The position numbers and the translations under genes were made by a program. Positions 34,196 through 44,075 of a DNA stretch of 64,000 nt are shown piece by piece; position 1 is the stretch's first letter; the number at the start of each line of letters is the position of its first letter. The DNA lies in the IMG/VR virus record IMGVR_UViG_3300035156_000206, positions 62,001 through 126,000 of that record; one strand, 5' to 3'. The notes under the pieces are model-generated. The model worked only from the letters and a program-made list of their open reading frames with translations. It searched no databases and was not told the DNA's origin.

Positions 34196-35218
34196 ATGTC
34201 AGATGATTTGCAGTTTATTGTTCGACAATACGTTCCACTCCCATCAAATCCATCCAGCAAGGGATGGTATCTCACCAAGTGCAGATTGTGCAACGACTAC
34301 AAAAAGCGAGCCGGGTTCAAGTTTGAGCCCGGTGCTGTCGTTTACAACTGCTTCAATTGTGCTTTCGGCGCAAAGTTTATCCCATCTGAACACAACTCCG
34401 TTCCTGACAAGATGCAGGCCGTATTTGATGCGTTTGCCATTCCAAAAGAAGAGTTTGCTGTACTCATCTTCAAAGGGTTTGTAAAGCGTACTGACGGCGC
34501 AAAGAAGGAAGATTCGGACGCTCCAGACGCAATCCCTCTCAAGTATAACAACCTAGTTCTTCCTGACTACATCCGTCCCTTGGTAACTGATGGTACTGGT
34601 GACGTATATGATGAACTAGCTTGTGCGTATTTGGAAACTGAACGTGAAATTGATCCCAAGTCCTACCCCTTCATGTTGGCCAACAAGGCTAAGGCTACTC
34701 CAAAAGAGTACGAGAAGTGGAAAGGCCGGTTGGTTATACCCTACTACCGCAACGGGAATCTGATCTTTTACCAAGGTCGTGACATCCTCAATTCAGACCG
34801 AGTTCGCTATACCGCACCACCAGATTCACGCGATACGGTACTGTTCGGATATGACGAGATATATTCCTACTCCGAAAAACCACTCTATATACAAGAAGGT
34901 TTCTTTGATGCTCACCTGTTGGGAGATAGTGTAGCCACTTTCACCAACAAGATGACTGAGCAACAAATTGAGATCCTCAACCGGTGTCGCAGGCCCAAGG
35001 TGGTAATACCTGACCGTAAAGGTAAGGGATACATCCTTGCATTGCAGGGCCTAGAAAACGGTTGGAGTGTCAGTATACCTGATGTGGGCGAGTCCTGCAA
35101 GGATATCAATGATGCGATCATTAAGTACGGACGCCTTTACGTTTTAAGGAGTTTGGTGGATAATACAGTTTCGGGTTTTGCTGCAGAGACCCTAATCAAG
35201 CTACAATGCAAGGACTAA
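34196..35218 (+). CDS. DNA primase, T4 gp61-like
   Basis: CRLC..CFNC Zn finger; RLVIPY, YQGR, EGFFDA TOPRIM, PD, KDINDA. Confidence 0.88.
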   Translation: MSDDLQFIVRQYVPLPSNPSSKGWYLTKCRLCNDYKKRAGFKFEPGAVVYNCFNCAFGAKFIPSEHNSVPDKMQAVFDAFAIPKEEFAVLIFKGFVKRTDGAKKEDSDAPDAIPLKYNNLVLPDYIRPLVTDGTGDVYDELACAYLETEREIDPKSYPFMLANKAKATPKEYEKWKGRLVIPYYRNGNLIFYQGRDILNSDRVRYTAPPDSRDTVLFGYDEIYSYSEKPLYIQEGFFDAHLLGDSVATFTNKMTEQQIEILNRCRRPKVVIPDRKGKGYILALQGLENGWSVSIPDVGESCKDINDAIIKYGRLYVLRSLVDNTVSGFAAETLIKLQCKD

Positions 35219-35219
35219 C

Positions 35220-35486
35220 ATGTCAGAATTTAATAAGGACGACCCACGTACTTGGGGGCCTGCCATATTTTTCAAAGCGGTTGAAGTTACCGGCCCGGTG
35301 ATATATTACAAGAACAAGCAATATATTGGATCAAGGCACGGCCAGATCTCAAAGATCACCTGCATCAAGGGTGGCAAGTCAACCAATACCCTAAACCCTC
35401 CAATCTTTTTCATCGCAGGTGCAACATTTGCATTCGAGGTCAAAGTATTCGATTGGATCATGGAGCCCCCACATGTTAACACCTGA
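35220..35486 (+). CDS. Hypothetical protein
   Basis: Operon context. Confidence 0.6.
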   Translation: MSEFNKDDPRTWGPAIFFKAVEVTGPVIYYKNKQYIGSRHGQISKITCIKGGKSTNTLNPPIFFIAGATFAFEVKVFDWIMEPPHVNT

Positions 35487-35874
35487 TGACTACCAAGAAG
35501 CAGTCGATATGCTCGCGCTTGAGTTTGGTTGGAAGCGAGCTCCTGGTGATACTCTTCTCTGGCTGGATGCAGATGAGGGCGTTATGGTGGCCAACTGGTT
35601 TTACGATGTGCCATCCCTTCATGCCTTGATGCTGCAACACACGTCAGGCTACTATGAGACTCGCCAAGGCTCCAGTGACCACTGCATCGTGATTGGCATC
35701 CAGGATCACAAGAAAATATGCTTTGAGCCCACCGTCGTTGTGTATCTTCGGGACCACGAAACAAAAGACAAAGCTTTTGCATACGCTATCATCGTGGCAG
35801 TACACCGTGGTTTGCGCAACATCAAGGCAGTAGATGCATTTTTAGAAAAAAGAGAGAAGCGGAATGGCAGCTAA
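35473..35874 (+). CDS. Hypothetical protein
   Basis: Start reassigned after GGAG. Confidence 0.65.
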   Translation: MLTPDDYQEAVDMLALEFGWKRAPGDTLLWLDADEGVMVANWFYDVPSLHALMLQHTSGYYETRQGSSDHCIVIGIQDHKKICFEPTVVVYLRDHETKDKAFAYAIIVAVHRGLRNIKAVDAFLEKREKRNGS

Positions 35875-37747
35875 AGAAAAAGAATACACAGGCGCGGATA
35901 TTCAGGTCCTAACCGATCGTGAGCACGTACGGTTACGGACCAATGTATATCTTGGGAACATGAACAAGGTTGCGTACCCGTATCCTAAGATTTCCCCTGG
36001 TAAGTTCAGCATCGAGAACTACGAGTTTGTCCCTTCGGTCTTTAAGGCCGTAGGTGAGATTTACGACAACTCGATCGACGAATTCACCAAGAATCGCGGA
36101 ACCAACAAAACGCTGACACTCATTGCTGATCCCGAAAAGGGCGAGCATACCATTGCAGATAATGGTCGTGGAATTCCTATCGACATGCACGCAACCGGTA
36201 AGTACACTCCCGAAGTGGCACTTGGGTCCCTACGCTCTGGCCGTAACTTCTCTGACGAGAAGGAAGCAGGCGTTATCGGCGCAAATGGTGTTGGTTCGGC
36301 TTGCACTAACTATTGCAGCGTCAAGTTCGAAGTTGTCATCCATCGCGACAACAAGAAATACGTGCAGACCTTCACGGATGGCGCTGCAACCGTTTCGGAA
36401 CCAAAGATCACACGTAAAGCTGGTGAGACCGGTACGTCTGTGTCATTTAAGCTCGATCCAGCCGTATTCAAGGATGTCTCCCTACCGTATGAGATGGTTC
36501 GAAGCCGTGCACAAGGCATCGCGTTCAACAACCCAGACATCACGGTTGACTTCAATGGCGAAGAGTTCCGATACAAGAAGGGCTTTGAAGAGCTGTTAAA
36601 GACCGTATCTGATTCGTATTTCAAGATACCGGGTGAACTGGGTGACTTCTATGTATGCTTCGACAAGTACCAGGGGCTTGACGAGCAAATGTTCACTTGG
36701 GTCAATAGCTCACTCCTGTTGGATGGTGGTATCTGCAACACACAGTTCATGAATGCTTTCTCCGCGAAGGTATGTGAACATTTGGCCTCCGCAGCCAAAA
36801 AACAGAAGTGCGAAGTCACGAAGAATGATGTAAAGAAGGATCTGCTGGTCTTTGGTATTCTCAAGGTATCCAATCCTGAGTACGATGCACAGTCGAAGAC
36901 GCGTCTGACTGGCCCGAATATGCGTAAGCCTATCGAACAAATGATTGATGCGGCATGGGCTGCATTCGCACGCAAGCACAAAGTGTGGCTGGAGTTGGTC
37001 CTGGCCAGCGCCGCAAAGCGCCACCATGGCAGTAAAGACAAAGACGCAGCTGATGCGCACATGAAGTCGCTCAAGAAGAAGGTCCCTGGCCTAATGGATG
37101 CAACTGGCAAGAACCGCTTGCGTTGCCAGCTCCTAATCTGTGAGGGATTATCTGCAGCAGCACAGATCTGTGAAGTTCGTAATCCGGAAACTACAGGATC
37201 CTTTCCGTTGACTGGTAAGATCAACAACGTGTACGGTTCTACTATCGCTCAGTTATTGAGCATGGGTAAGGTGACAGATCTGCTCGCGGCCATTGGGTTA
37301 GTTCCAGGCAAACGGGCATCACGTGTCGCTCTGAATTTTGCTCGAGTTGTCATCTCTACGGACGCAGACGTCGACGGTGGTAACATCTTTACCCAGCTCA
37401 TCAACATCTTCTACCAGTTCTGGCCTGAGATGTTCGATCCTGAGAATGAGGCAATTGTATATCGATTGCAGGCACCAAACGTTGTCGCATCAAAGGGCAA
37501 CAAGCGCATTCACTATGTGAACCGCGAAGAGTACGAAAAGAAGAAAGATACCCTGAAGGGTTACACTATCGAGTACATGAAAGGATTGGGTAGTATGTCG
37601 AAGGAAGACTGGGTAATGATCCTGGACAATCCCGAGAAGTACCAAACTCCTATCTTAGACGATGGCAGAATGAAAGAGACGTTGAAGCTGTTGTTTAGCC
37701 CAGACTCCGATGCACGAAAAGAATGGTTGAAAGCAGAGAATGACTAA
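35864..37747 (+). CDS. Type II topoisomerase ATPase/TOPRIM subunit (gp39+60 or GyrB-like)
   Basis: EHVRLR..VY, EIYDNSID, DNGRGIP, G.NGVGS, EGLSA, PLTGK, DADVDG, KGLGS. Confidence 0.93.
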   Translation: MAAKEKEYTGADIQVLTDREHVRLRTNVYLGNMNKVAYPYPKISPGKFSIENYEFVPSVFKAVGEIYDNSIDEFTKNRGTNKTLTLIADPEKGEHTIADNGRGIPIDMHATGKYTPEVALGSLRSGRNFSDEKEAGVIGANGVGSACTNYCSVKFEVVIHRDNKKYVQTFTDGAATVSEPKITRKAGETGTSVSFKLDPAVFKDVSLPYEMVRSRAQGIAFNNPDITVDFNGEEFRYKKGFEELLKTVSDSYFKIPGELGDFYVCFDKYQGLDEQMFTWVNSSLLLDGGICNTQFMNAFSAKVCEHLASAAKKQKCEVTKNDVKKDLLVFGILKVSNPEYDAQSKTRLTGPNMRKPIEQMIDAAWAAFARKHKVWLELVLASAAKRHHGSKDKDAADAHMKSLKKKVPGLMDATGKNRLRCQLLICEGLSAAAQICEVRNPETTGSFPLTGKINNVYGSTIAQLLSMGKVTDLLAAIGLVPGKRASRVALNFARVVISTDADVDGGNIFTQLINIFYQFWPEMFDPENEAIVYRLQAPNVVASKGNKRIHYVNREEYEKKKDTLKGYTIEYMKGLGSMSKEDWVMILDNPEKYQTPILDDGRMKETLKLLFSPDSDARKEWLKAEND

Positions 37748-38666
37748 TAAAAACAAACTGTACGCACTTCAGAAAGAGATGAAGGATTCCTTCACTCTTA
37801 TCAAGGAGAATGGGCCTGATATGGGCTTTGTGATGAATCATATCACTAAGATGTCTAAAGCCATCGACATGCTCATTACCGAAGCAGTAGGCCCGAACCA
37901 CATGTTCGATAACCACATGGAAATGTTGGGCACAGTCCCTGATGGGTATCCTCGTCAGCAAGTGTCAATCGTCCAACATTGGCGTGATCTTGGACGTACG
38001 ATCAAAGCTGGCAGTGAAGTAGACCTGTCGCAGATCGACCCAAAGGAGTTGATGTTCTGGAGCGACCAGCACTTTGGCCACAAGAAGATCATCGAATTCA
38101 GCAACCGTCCATTCGGTAATCTGGAACACATGCACATGGAAATGGCAAGACGGTACAAAGCACGTACCAAGCCTGGCCAAGTGGTGGTTTGGTGCGGCGA
38201 CGTATCGTTTGTTGGCTCTATTGAACTGCACGACATCATGAAGGATTATGCTCACACGTACAACGTACTTGTTGTTGGTAATCATGACATCGATCGTGAT
38301 GGCAAATTGCGCAGCAAGCTGACAGAACACTTCGATGAGATTCACACATCGTTGGTGTTTGGTGACTATGTGATTACTCACCACCCATGGGTCAACATGC
38401 TTCCACAGGGAATGGTCAACATCCATGGTCACTTGCACGATCGTCCATTTTCGATGGATCGTCACCTGTGCGCCTGTGTAGAGCTGACACAGTACGAGCC
38501 AGTGTCCTTGGCAGAGCTGATCACCAAAGGTGAACGGGACACGATCAAACGCAACGCACCAGTTGATGCACCGCCGCGCTTGCCAACAGATGACGAGAAA
38601 GAGCCTCCTATGAGCCTTGAGTACTACAAATCCTTGGCGGCACAATTCGTGGAACCTAAAAAATGA
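37740..38666 (+). CDS. Calcineurin-like metallophosphoesterase with N-terminal extension
   Basis: WSDQHFGH, CGD, GNHD, THHP, IHGHLH. Confidence 0.88.
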   Translation: MTNKNKLYALQKEMKDSFTLIKENGPDMGFVMNHITKMSKAIDMLITEAVGPNHMFDNHMEMLGTVPDGYPRQQVSIVQHWRDLGRTIKAGSEVDLSQIDPKELMFWSDQHFGHKKIIEFSNRPFGNLEHMHMEMARRYKARTKPGQVVVWCGDVSFVGSIELHDIMKDYAHTYNVLVVGNHDIDRDGKLRSKLTEHFDEIHTSLVFGDYVITHHPWVNMLPQGMVNIHGHLHDRPFSMDRHLCACVELTQYEPVSLAELITKGERDTIKRNAPVDAPPRLPTDDEKEPPMSLEYYKSLAAQFVEPKK

Positions 38667-39502
38667 GCGACAATTTCGAGAAGACTAAGGCCTGGGCAGT
38701 AGCTACACGCGATGACTTTGCCTTGCGTGCGGCCAAAGCTAGAGCCGGTATGGAAGGCAAAGAATGGCCTTCTGTCCTGGCCGGGAAGATCAGTGACAAA
38801 GATCTGATGTGGATCACCTACACCACGAGCCATTACCTGTATGAAAGTCCATGCTTTCTGCCATACATGATGATGCATTTGCCACGCGAACAACGTTGGG
38901 TTTATGTCAAGCGGTTTGAAGTTGCGCTGGCTACTCTTGTTTGCAGTGCAATTGGTGGCAAGATTCTCGCTGTCAGCGAAGGCAATGAGCCAGGGTACGA
39001 CCTGATCATCGAAACAGATGAGGGCGTGCAGAAGACAGAGATCAAGTCAACAGAGAAGCATGCCATCTTTATTGAAGGTGGGCGCTACGATATGTCCGCT
39101 TCGGGACTCAGCTTGACGGAGTCTGATATCTACCTGATCGTTTCTCGTGATCAACAAATGCATCCGGATGGAACATTCTCGTATGTAGGCAAGGTGCGAG
39201 CCGTATTTACATATCAGCTCGTCGAAGAGTACATGCGCATTGCTGGTCACAGCGAGCGAGTATTCTTGCCAGATGCAAATGGTCCAGGCAGTCGTGGTGT
39301 CAAGATGGACATGAAGAAGGAAGACATCCCTCATGTGTGGATTGGTGATATTGCATGCAAGGTTGATCAGTACGGAAATACGGTGTATGATACATCAGCA
39401 TTTGTTCGCCAGCCTGCAACTGAAAACCAGGCTCGTGCACAATTTAACAAAGGCGTCAGACTGATGGAGAAATTTGACTGCCGCCAAGAGGAGCTAGAAT
39501 GA
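38663..39502 (+). CDS. Putative PD-(D/E)xK nuclease
   Basis: GYDL...KTEIKS, FIE, SGLS.T.SD. Confidence 0.5.
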   Translation: MSDNFEKTKAWAVATRDDFALRAAKARAGMEGKEWPSVLAGKISDKDLMWITYTTSHYLYESPCFLPYMMMHLPREQRWVYVKRFEVALATLVCSAIGGKILAVSEGNEPGYDLIIETDEGVQKTEIKSTEKHAIFIEGGRYDMSASGLSLTESDIYLIVSRDQQMHPDGTFSYVGKVRAVFTYQLVEEYMRIAGHSERVFLPDANGPGSRGVKMDMKKEDIPHVWIGDIACKVDQYGNTVYDTSAFVRQPATENQARAQFNKGVRLMEKFDCRQEELE

Positions 39503-40854
39503 AAAAACCTTTTACATCGTCTGATTACCTACTACAGGAAGGAAGAAGTTATGCGCTCTACACGATCCAGTTCCGTGCTATTCCATATATCACCGATGGA
39601 GTTAAGCCAGGCATGCGCCGGGTACTCTGGTGCGCTCGAAATGGCGATAAGTATAAGTCAGCGACGCTCGCCGGCCTTGCCGTCCCGCTCCATCCCCATG
39701 CTCCTCCGGAAGATTCCATTGACACCATCACAGGTGGATATGTCAACAACATCCCACTGTTCGACGGGTACGGTGTCTTCGGAACACTCATCAACCCAAC
39801 CGCATTCGGTGCATCACGATACACATCAATCAAAGTAAGCTCATTTACCAAAGATGTTGTGTTCCGTGATATTGAGATCATTCCGATGGTCCCAAACTAC
39901 GATTCGACCGAAATGGAGCCAAAGCACTTCTTACCTTTGATCCCAGTTGCAATTCTGAATCCAACGTCAGGTATTGCAATGGGCTACGCAACAGACATCC
40001 TGCCGCGTACCCTAAAAGACATCGTTGAGTCACAGCTTGAGCACTTAGCAGGCAAGGAAGTCAAAGAGCGTGCACCACACTTCCAACCAACACACAATCC
40101 TGCGATCGCTCGATTGGTGGATAAAAAGGGTGTTGTGCGTTGGCACTTCCGTGGTGAGTACAAGACCATCAACACTACTGAGGTCCAGATCACCAAACTG
40201 CCTTACGGCGTTGGCCACCAAGAGTTCATTGACCATTTGCATGGCCTACTGGAAGCAGTGGACAAAGAAGGTAAGGATATCTCCATCCTAAACGACGTGA
40301 TTGATTCGTCCAAAGACGTCATCAACATCCTCGTGAAGTTCAAGCGCGGTGCACTAGCTGACATGTCCAAAGAGAAGCTTGACCTATTCTTGGGCATCGA
40401 TAAGGCGAAGACGGAGAACCTCACCCTTGTTGATTTTAGCGGTGATGCAGTTACACGGTTGGGTTACGTCGACATCATCAAGCAGTTCACTGATTGGCGT
40501 CTCCAATGGTACACTCCACGATATGAGCGTCTGCTAGCTATGATCGAGGTAGACATCAGGAAGTACGACGACATCATTCTGTCCATCAGAAAGAACGTTG
40601 CTGGTGCCAGTAAGAAGACTGCTGACCGTACCGAACTGAAAGAGTACATCGAGGCAATTGGTGTGTTCTACGTAGATTACATCGCTGATCTACCAATCTA
40701 CAAGTTTACGGAAGAGGAACTCCGCAAGGTTGAAGAGAAGCGTCTGGCTGCACTTGTTACAAAGCAAGAGTATCAAGACATCATCGGCAGCGATACAAAG
40801 CGTAAAAACATTTACATTTCCGAGCTGAAAGAAGTATTGAAGAAGTTTGGATAA
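39499..40854 (+). CDS. Type II topoisomerase cleavage subunit (gp52 or GyrA-like)
   Basis: RAIP..DG.KP..RR, HPH, ASRY catalytic Tyr, GI..GYAT.I.P, ITKLP. Confidence 0.93.
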   Translation: MKKPFTSSDYLLQEGRSYALYTIQFRAIPYITDGVKPGMRRVLWCARNGDKYKSATLAGLAVPLHPHAPPEDSIDTITGGYVNNIPLFDGYGVFGTLINPTAFGASRYTSIKVSSFTKDVVFRDIEIIPMVPNYDSTEMEPKHFLPLIPVAILNPTSGIAMGYATDILPRTLKDIVESQLEHLAGKEVKERAPHFQPTHNPAIARLVDKKGVVRWHFRGEYKTINTTEVQITKLPYGVGHQEFIDHLHGLLEAVDKEGKDISILNDVIDSSKDVINILVKFKRGALADMSKEKLDLFLGIDKAKTENLTLVDFSGDAVTRLGYVDIIKQFTDWRLQWYTPRYERLLAMIEVDIRKYDDIILSIRKNVAGASKKTADRTELKEYIEAIGVFYVDYIADLPIYKFTEEELRKVEEKRLAALVTKQEYQDIIGSDTKRKNIYISELKEVLKKFG

Positions 40855-40859
40855 CCCTG

Positions 40860-40887
40860 AATACACGCTAAATAATGCGTGTATTTT
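40860..40887 (+). promoter_or_regulatory. Hairpin with TAAATA in its loop (terminator and/or late promoter)
   Basis: AATACACGC-TAAATAAT-GCGTGTATT-TT. Confidence 0.65.
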
Positions 40888-40915
40888 CATTCTCACATCG
40901 TATTGAAAGACAATT

Positions 40916-41137
40916 ATGGAATCATTGAATCCTACCACTGCAACAACAGGTGTACCAGAAACATTTGAAATGAAGCTGAATATCACTGATGGTGCTGGTG
41001 TTGTTCACGAATTAGAGATCACTAAGGTTGAAGGTCAACAGCCTCTCATTCACATGTTTGGCAACAACATCAAGTTAGTCAGCCGTCTCCGCATGGCTCT
41101 GGACATCGTGGAGCGGGCCGAAGGCGCACTAATTTAA
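40916..41137 (+). CDS. Hypothetical protein
   Basis: ORF following late motif. Confidence 0.65.
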   Translation: MESLNPTTATTGVPETFEMKLNITDGAGVVHELEITKVEGQQPLIHMFGNNIKLVSRLRMALDIVERAEGALI

Positions 41138-41198
41138 CTGTTGATTTTGTCCAAGTGATGAATTACAATTGTCCAATAAACTTTTGATGAGAATTCAC

Positions 41199-41633
41199 AT
41201 GACCACATTATTACAAACATTGCAGGACGAACTGTTGGCTGCACGCAAGCTGCGCCTCGATGAAGTTCGAATCGAGCTTCTCAAGGTCGTCATCAATCGT
41301 GCAGAAGCTGAAGGCAAGAAGGAACTGCGTGCACCTACCGAAGCTGAAGTGTTGGACGCAATCAAGTACTACAGCAAGGGTGCCAAAGAGACAGTCGCAT
41401 TGATGGCTAAAGGCGGGATGCTTTCGGATCCACGCTTTGATGTAGCACGCCGCGAAGTCGACATCCTGGCAGCTTTCTTACCAACGCAAATTGGCGATCC
41501 CGAATTGCTGGCTAGTATCCGCGAAATCGGTCTGACCAACATTGGTCTGGTGATGAAGGGCTTGAAAGCCAAATACGGCGACAGCTTCGATGCAGCGCGC
41601 GCCAAGCAGTTGTTCACCAAAGAAACATCCTAA
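41199..41633 (+). CDS. GatB/YqeY domain protein
   Basis: A.K.....L.....AE.EGKK....EAEV...IK...K..KET..E..IL..FLP.Q..IG.VMK.LK.K.G..FD; promoter TTGATT-17-TACAAT. Confidence 0.85.
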   Translation: MTTLLQTLQDELLAARKLRLDEVRIELLKVVINRAEAEGKKELRAPTEAEVLDAIKYYSKGAKETVALMAKGGMLSDPRFDVARREVDILAAFLPTQIGDPELLASIREIGLTNIGLVMKGLKAKYGDSFDAARAKQLFTKETS

Positions 41634-41654
41634 ACAAGAGGTTTAAGTCTTAAA

Positions 41655-41891
41655 ATGAGTCGTCATAACGCATCAAAGTCGTATGAAATTCAATCCCTGG
41701 TAAAACAGGTGAACGAAGCAACGGAGCAAGAGCTGTACGATCTCCATGGTATTGAAGTGTCCGATGGTACTGTCTATGACATGTGCTACGATCAACACTT
41801 CGATTCTGTGGTAGAATGGGCAACCTTCAACATTGAACAAGAAGCGCTAGAGGACGACTCATCCTCAGCATATGGAGCACTCGATGATTAA
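41655..41891 (+). CDS. Acidic hypothetical protein
   Basis: SD GAGG. Confidence 0.7.
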   Translation: MSRHNASKSYEIQSLVKQVNEATEQELYDLHGIEVSDGTVYDMCYDQHFDSVVEWATFNIEQEALEDDSSSAYGALDD

Positions 41892-42138
41892 GCTGTTAAC
41901 AATTGTAGTTGCAGTATCCCTGCTCACGGGGTGTATTCGGCGTGAAGTCCCAGCCGTGGAGATGATTACCATGTTGTCTCCAGAGCAATTGTTTGCTCTG
42001 CAATCACGCTGCGAGGAGTTGGGGTTGATCTCCCGCGTGGTGACTGACAATCGCAACAGGCCGATAGTGGCCCAATGCCATGCCAAACGCACCCCAGTCA
42101 ACCAACCAGTTGTAGTCAAACCGGTACCTTTGTCATGA
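41884..42138 (+). CDS. Small lipoprotein
   Basis: Lipobox LTGC; two further Cys. Confidence 0.75.
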   Translation: MIKLLTIVVAVSLLTGCIRREVPAVEMITMLSPEQLFALQSRCEELGLISRVVTDNRNRPIVAQCHAKRTPVNQPVVVKPVPLS

Positions 42139-42341
42139 TCAAGAAGCTCCTTATCGTCGCAACATGCTTTGCATTGACTGCCTGTTACAACAGCGTAGGC
42201 ATGTCTATCGAAACTGCTGGCAAAGTGCAAACGGCTTGTGCCGAGCTCAAGTTGGTATCCACGGTGGAACGTGGCAATGGCAACACAATTCGAGCTGTCC
42301 GGTGTTCCACAGCTGATCAGGCCAGTAGCGTGTCGCAATAA
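42135..42341 (+). CDS. Small lipoprotein
   Basis: Lipobox LTAC; two further Cys; similar layout to the previous gene. Confidence 0.75.
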   Translation: MIKKLLIVATCFALTACYNSVGMSIETAGKVQTACAELKLVSTVERGNGNTIRAVRCSTADQASSVSQ

Positions 42342-42342
42342 A

Positions 42343-42368
42343 CAAAAGCCACCCTAGGGTGGCTTTTG
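42343..42368. terminator. Bidirectional terminator
   Basis: AAAAGCCACC-CTAG-GGTGGCTTTT at the strand switch. Confidence 0.9.
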
Positions 42369-43064
42369 TTATGGGAATGACGAAATGTACTTCTTACGTC
42401 TGATGAAAAACACATTTCGGACGTAACCTCGGTTGATTTCAAAGGCTGATTGTCCGTATCCATGCTGTTTGATACGTGTCTTGAAGCTGTACTTCTCTAC
42501 ATTGTCAAACCACTTATCTGGATCACATCCCGGCATGGCTGTACAAAGCGTGCGATCTTGGATAACACCACGCAATCCTCCGTTGTACCCGGACATCATA
42601 AACGCATAGTGCTCAATGTCAGTTGTTGGCCACTTTATGCTGTTGTATAGACCTTTGTCCATCAGCACAACGGTCTTCAACTGATACGAAGGATCATAGC
42701 GGTTTTCCCACTTCCAAGCGCGAAGTTCAGGGAACCTTGCCTTCATTTCTTCAAAGTTGTTGAACCGAACAGTACCATCCTTGCGGTAAGCAATAGTCAA
42801 CTGTCCTAGTCCAAAGCCATACTCCACAGGCGTCTTCAGTTCTGTGGTTGGATTCCAACATTTCTTGCTCTTCAGGGAAGCACAACTCTCCTGCTCGATC
42901 TGAGCAGCAATCAGTGACTGACTTTGCATAGATGGCCAAATATCAACCATCACACGCTTCAGATCAGGCAAATACTGTACCGCACGTTCAGGCAGAGTTT
43001 GCGGTACGGAGTTCGTGCAGAAACCTAAGGCTACAACAACTACGAGTGCCTTTAGGATGTTCAT
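42369..43064 (-). CDS. Lytic transglycosylase, probable signal-bearing endolysin
   Basis: QIEQES catalytic Glu, GLGQ, GYNGG, RGYV; hydrophobic N terminus. Confidence 0.85.
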   Translation of the reverse strand: MNILKALVVVVALGFCTNSVPQTLPERAVQYLPDLKRVMVDIWPSMQSQSLIAAQIEQESCASLKSKKCWNPTTELKTPVEYGFGLGQLTIAYRKDGTVRFNNFEEMKARFPELRAWKWENRYDPSYQLKTVVLMDKGLYNSIKWPTTDIEHYAFMMSGYNGGLRGVIQDRTLCTAMPGCDPDKWFDNVEKYSFKTRIKQHGYGQSAFEINRGYVRNVFFIRRKKYISSFP

Positions 43065-43066
43065 GG

Positions 43067-43369
43067 TTAGCTCAGTAGTACTACACCGGCAACAACGAAG
43101 ACCGATAGGATGATGCTGAAGCTGAGAAACACTACAGCGGCTGACATTGGTGTTTCCAAAGCACGTTCTGCATAGTGACGCAGATTAATGTAAGGAAACA
43201 TGATTTTACGCAGGATATGCGACGCGGCCGCGAGAGCGATTGTGATACCCAACGAGTAGATCACGACGAGGCTGCCATGGTCTGGAATGAGAATCATCCC
43301 AGCTATAAGCAACATTGGGATAATACGTTTGGATTCTTTTTTGAGGTAGTTAAAGATACTGTTGAGCAT
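43067..43369 (-). CDS. Putative holin
   Basis: 100 aa, three TM segments, directly upstream of endolysin; late promoter upstream. Confidence 0.6.
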   Translation of the reverse strand: MLNSIFNYLKKESKRIIPMLLIAGMILIPDHGSLVVIYSLGITIALAAASHILRKIMFPYINLRHYAERALETPMSAAVVFLSFSIILSVFVVAGVVLLS

Positions 43370-43438
43370 AAGGGTCCTTGCTAAGGTTGTGTGGCTATTT
43401 ATGACCCTTAGTTTGGACGAATACTATACCCTAATAAA

Positions 43439-43466
43439 GAAAAAGCCCAGATGGTCTGGGCTTTTG
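43439..43466 (-). terminator. Terminator
   Basis: AAAAGCCCAGA-TGG-TCTGGGCTTTT. Confidence 0.85.
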
Positions 43467-43468
43467 TA

Positions 43469-44065
43469 TTAGGTGGCAGCAAACATCGGTGGCCATCCTG
43501 ATGTAAAGTCCATCTTTGCAGGTGCCTTGGATTCAAGTAATGCCTCATGGTAACCTTCCGCTACCGCAAAAACTTGTGCTTGCAGCTGTTTGGCAGCAGC
43601 AACAATGTCATTACCCAATTGGATTGTCATAGGGACCATTGTGCCATCCATGGTCTTCCACAATACTGGATATCCTGCAACTGTAATAACGTCCGTCAGT
43701 GCACCACCAGCATCTAGCATATCGCGTCCACTATCTTTCAAGCTCAGGTACAATACCTTGCTGTCCAGGTCCGTATGGAACCAATGTTCACCTACCTGAA
43801 CGCCACCAGCATAGTGTGCGTCCCGAATCTGCTGAATACGACTCCAGATTGCATCTAAGTCCACAGGTGGTGCAGCACTTTTCCATTTACCTTTAACCAA
43901 TGATACAACCTGCAAGCGAGATGCTGCTTCACGCACAAATTCTTCATCGATCTTGCTGATTTCTACCAAGTCAGTTGGCCAAGTGCCTGCTCGTTCATAT
44001 AGGTCTCGGTGCTCATCCAGGTAAAAACCTCCCTTTGAGGGCGAGTAGTATTTTTTAGTGTTCAT
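43469..44065 (-). CDS. Tail fibre assembly protein (DUF4376-like C terminus)
   Basis: YYSPS..GFY..WP.DLVEI; RD....GGV.V...WFHTD..S; WKT.D. Confidence 0.8.
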   Translation of the reverse strand: MNTKKYYSPSKGGFYLDEHRDLYERAGTWPTDLVEISKIDEEFVREAASRLQVVSLVKGKWKSAAPPVDLDAIWSRIQQIRDAHYAGGVQVGEHWFHTDLDSKVLYLSLKDSGRDMLDAGGALTDVITVAGYPVLWKTMDGTMVPMTIQLGNDIVAAAKQLQAQVFAVAEGYHEALLESKAPAKMDFTSGWPPMFAAT

Positions 44066-44075
44066 GTAATGATCC

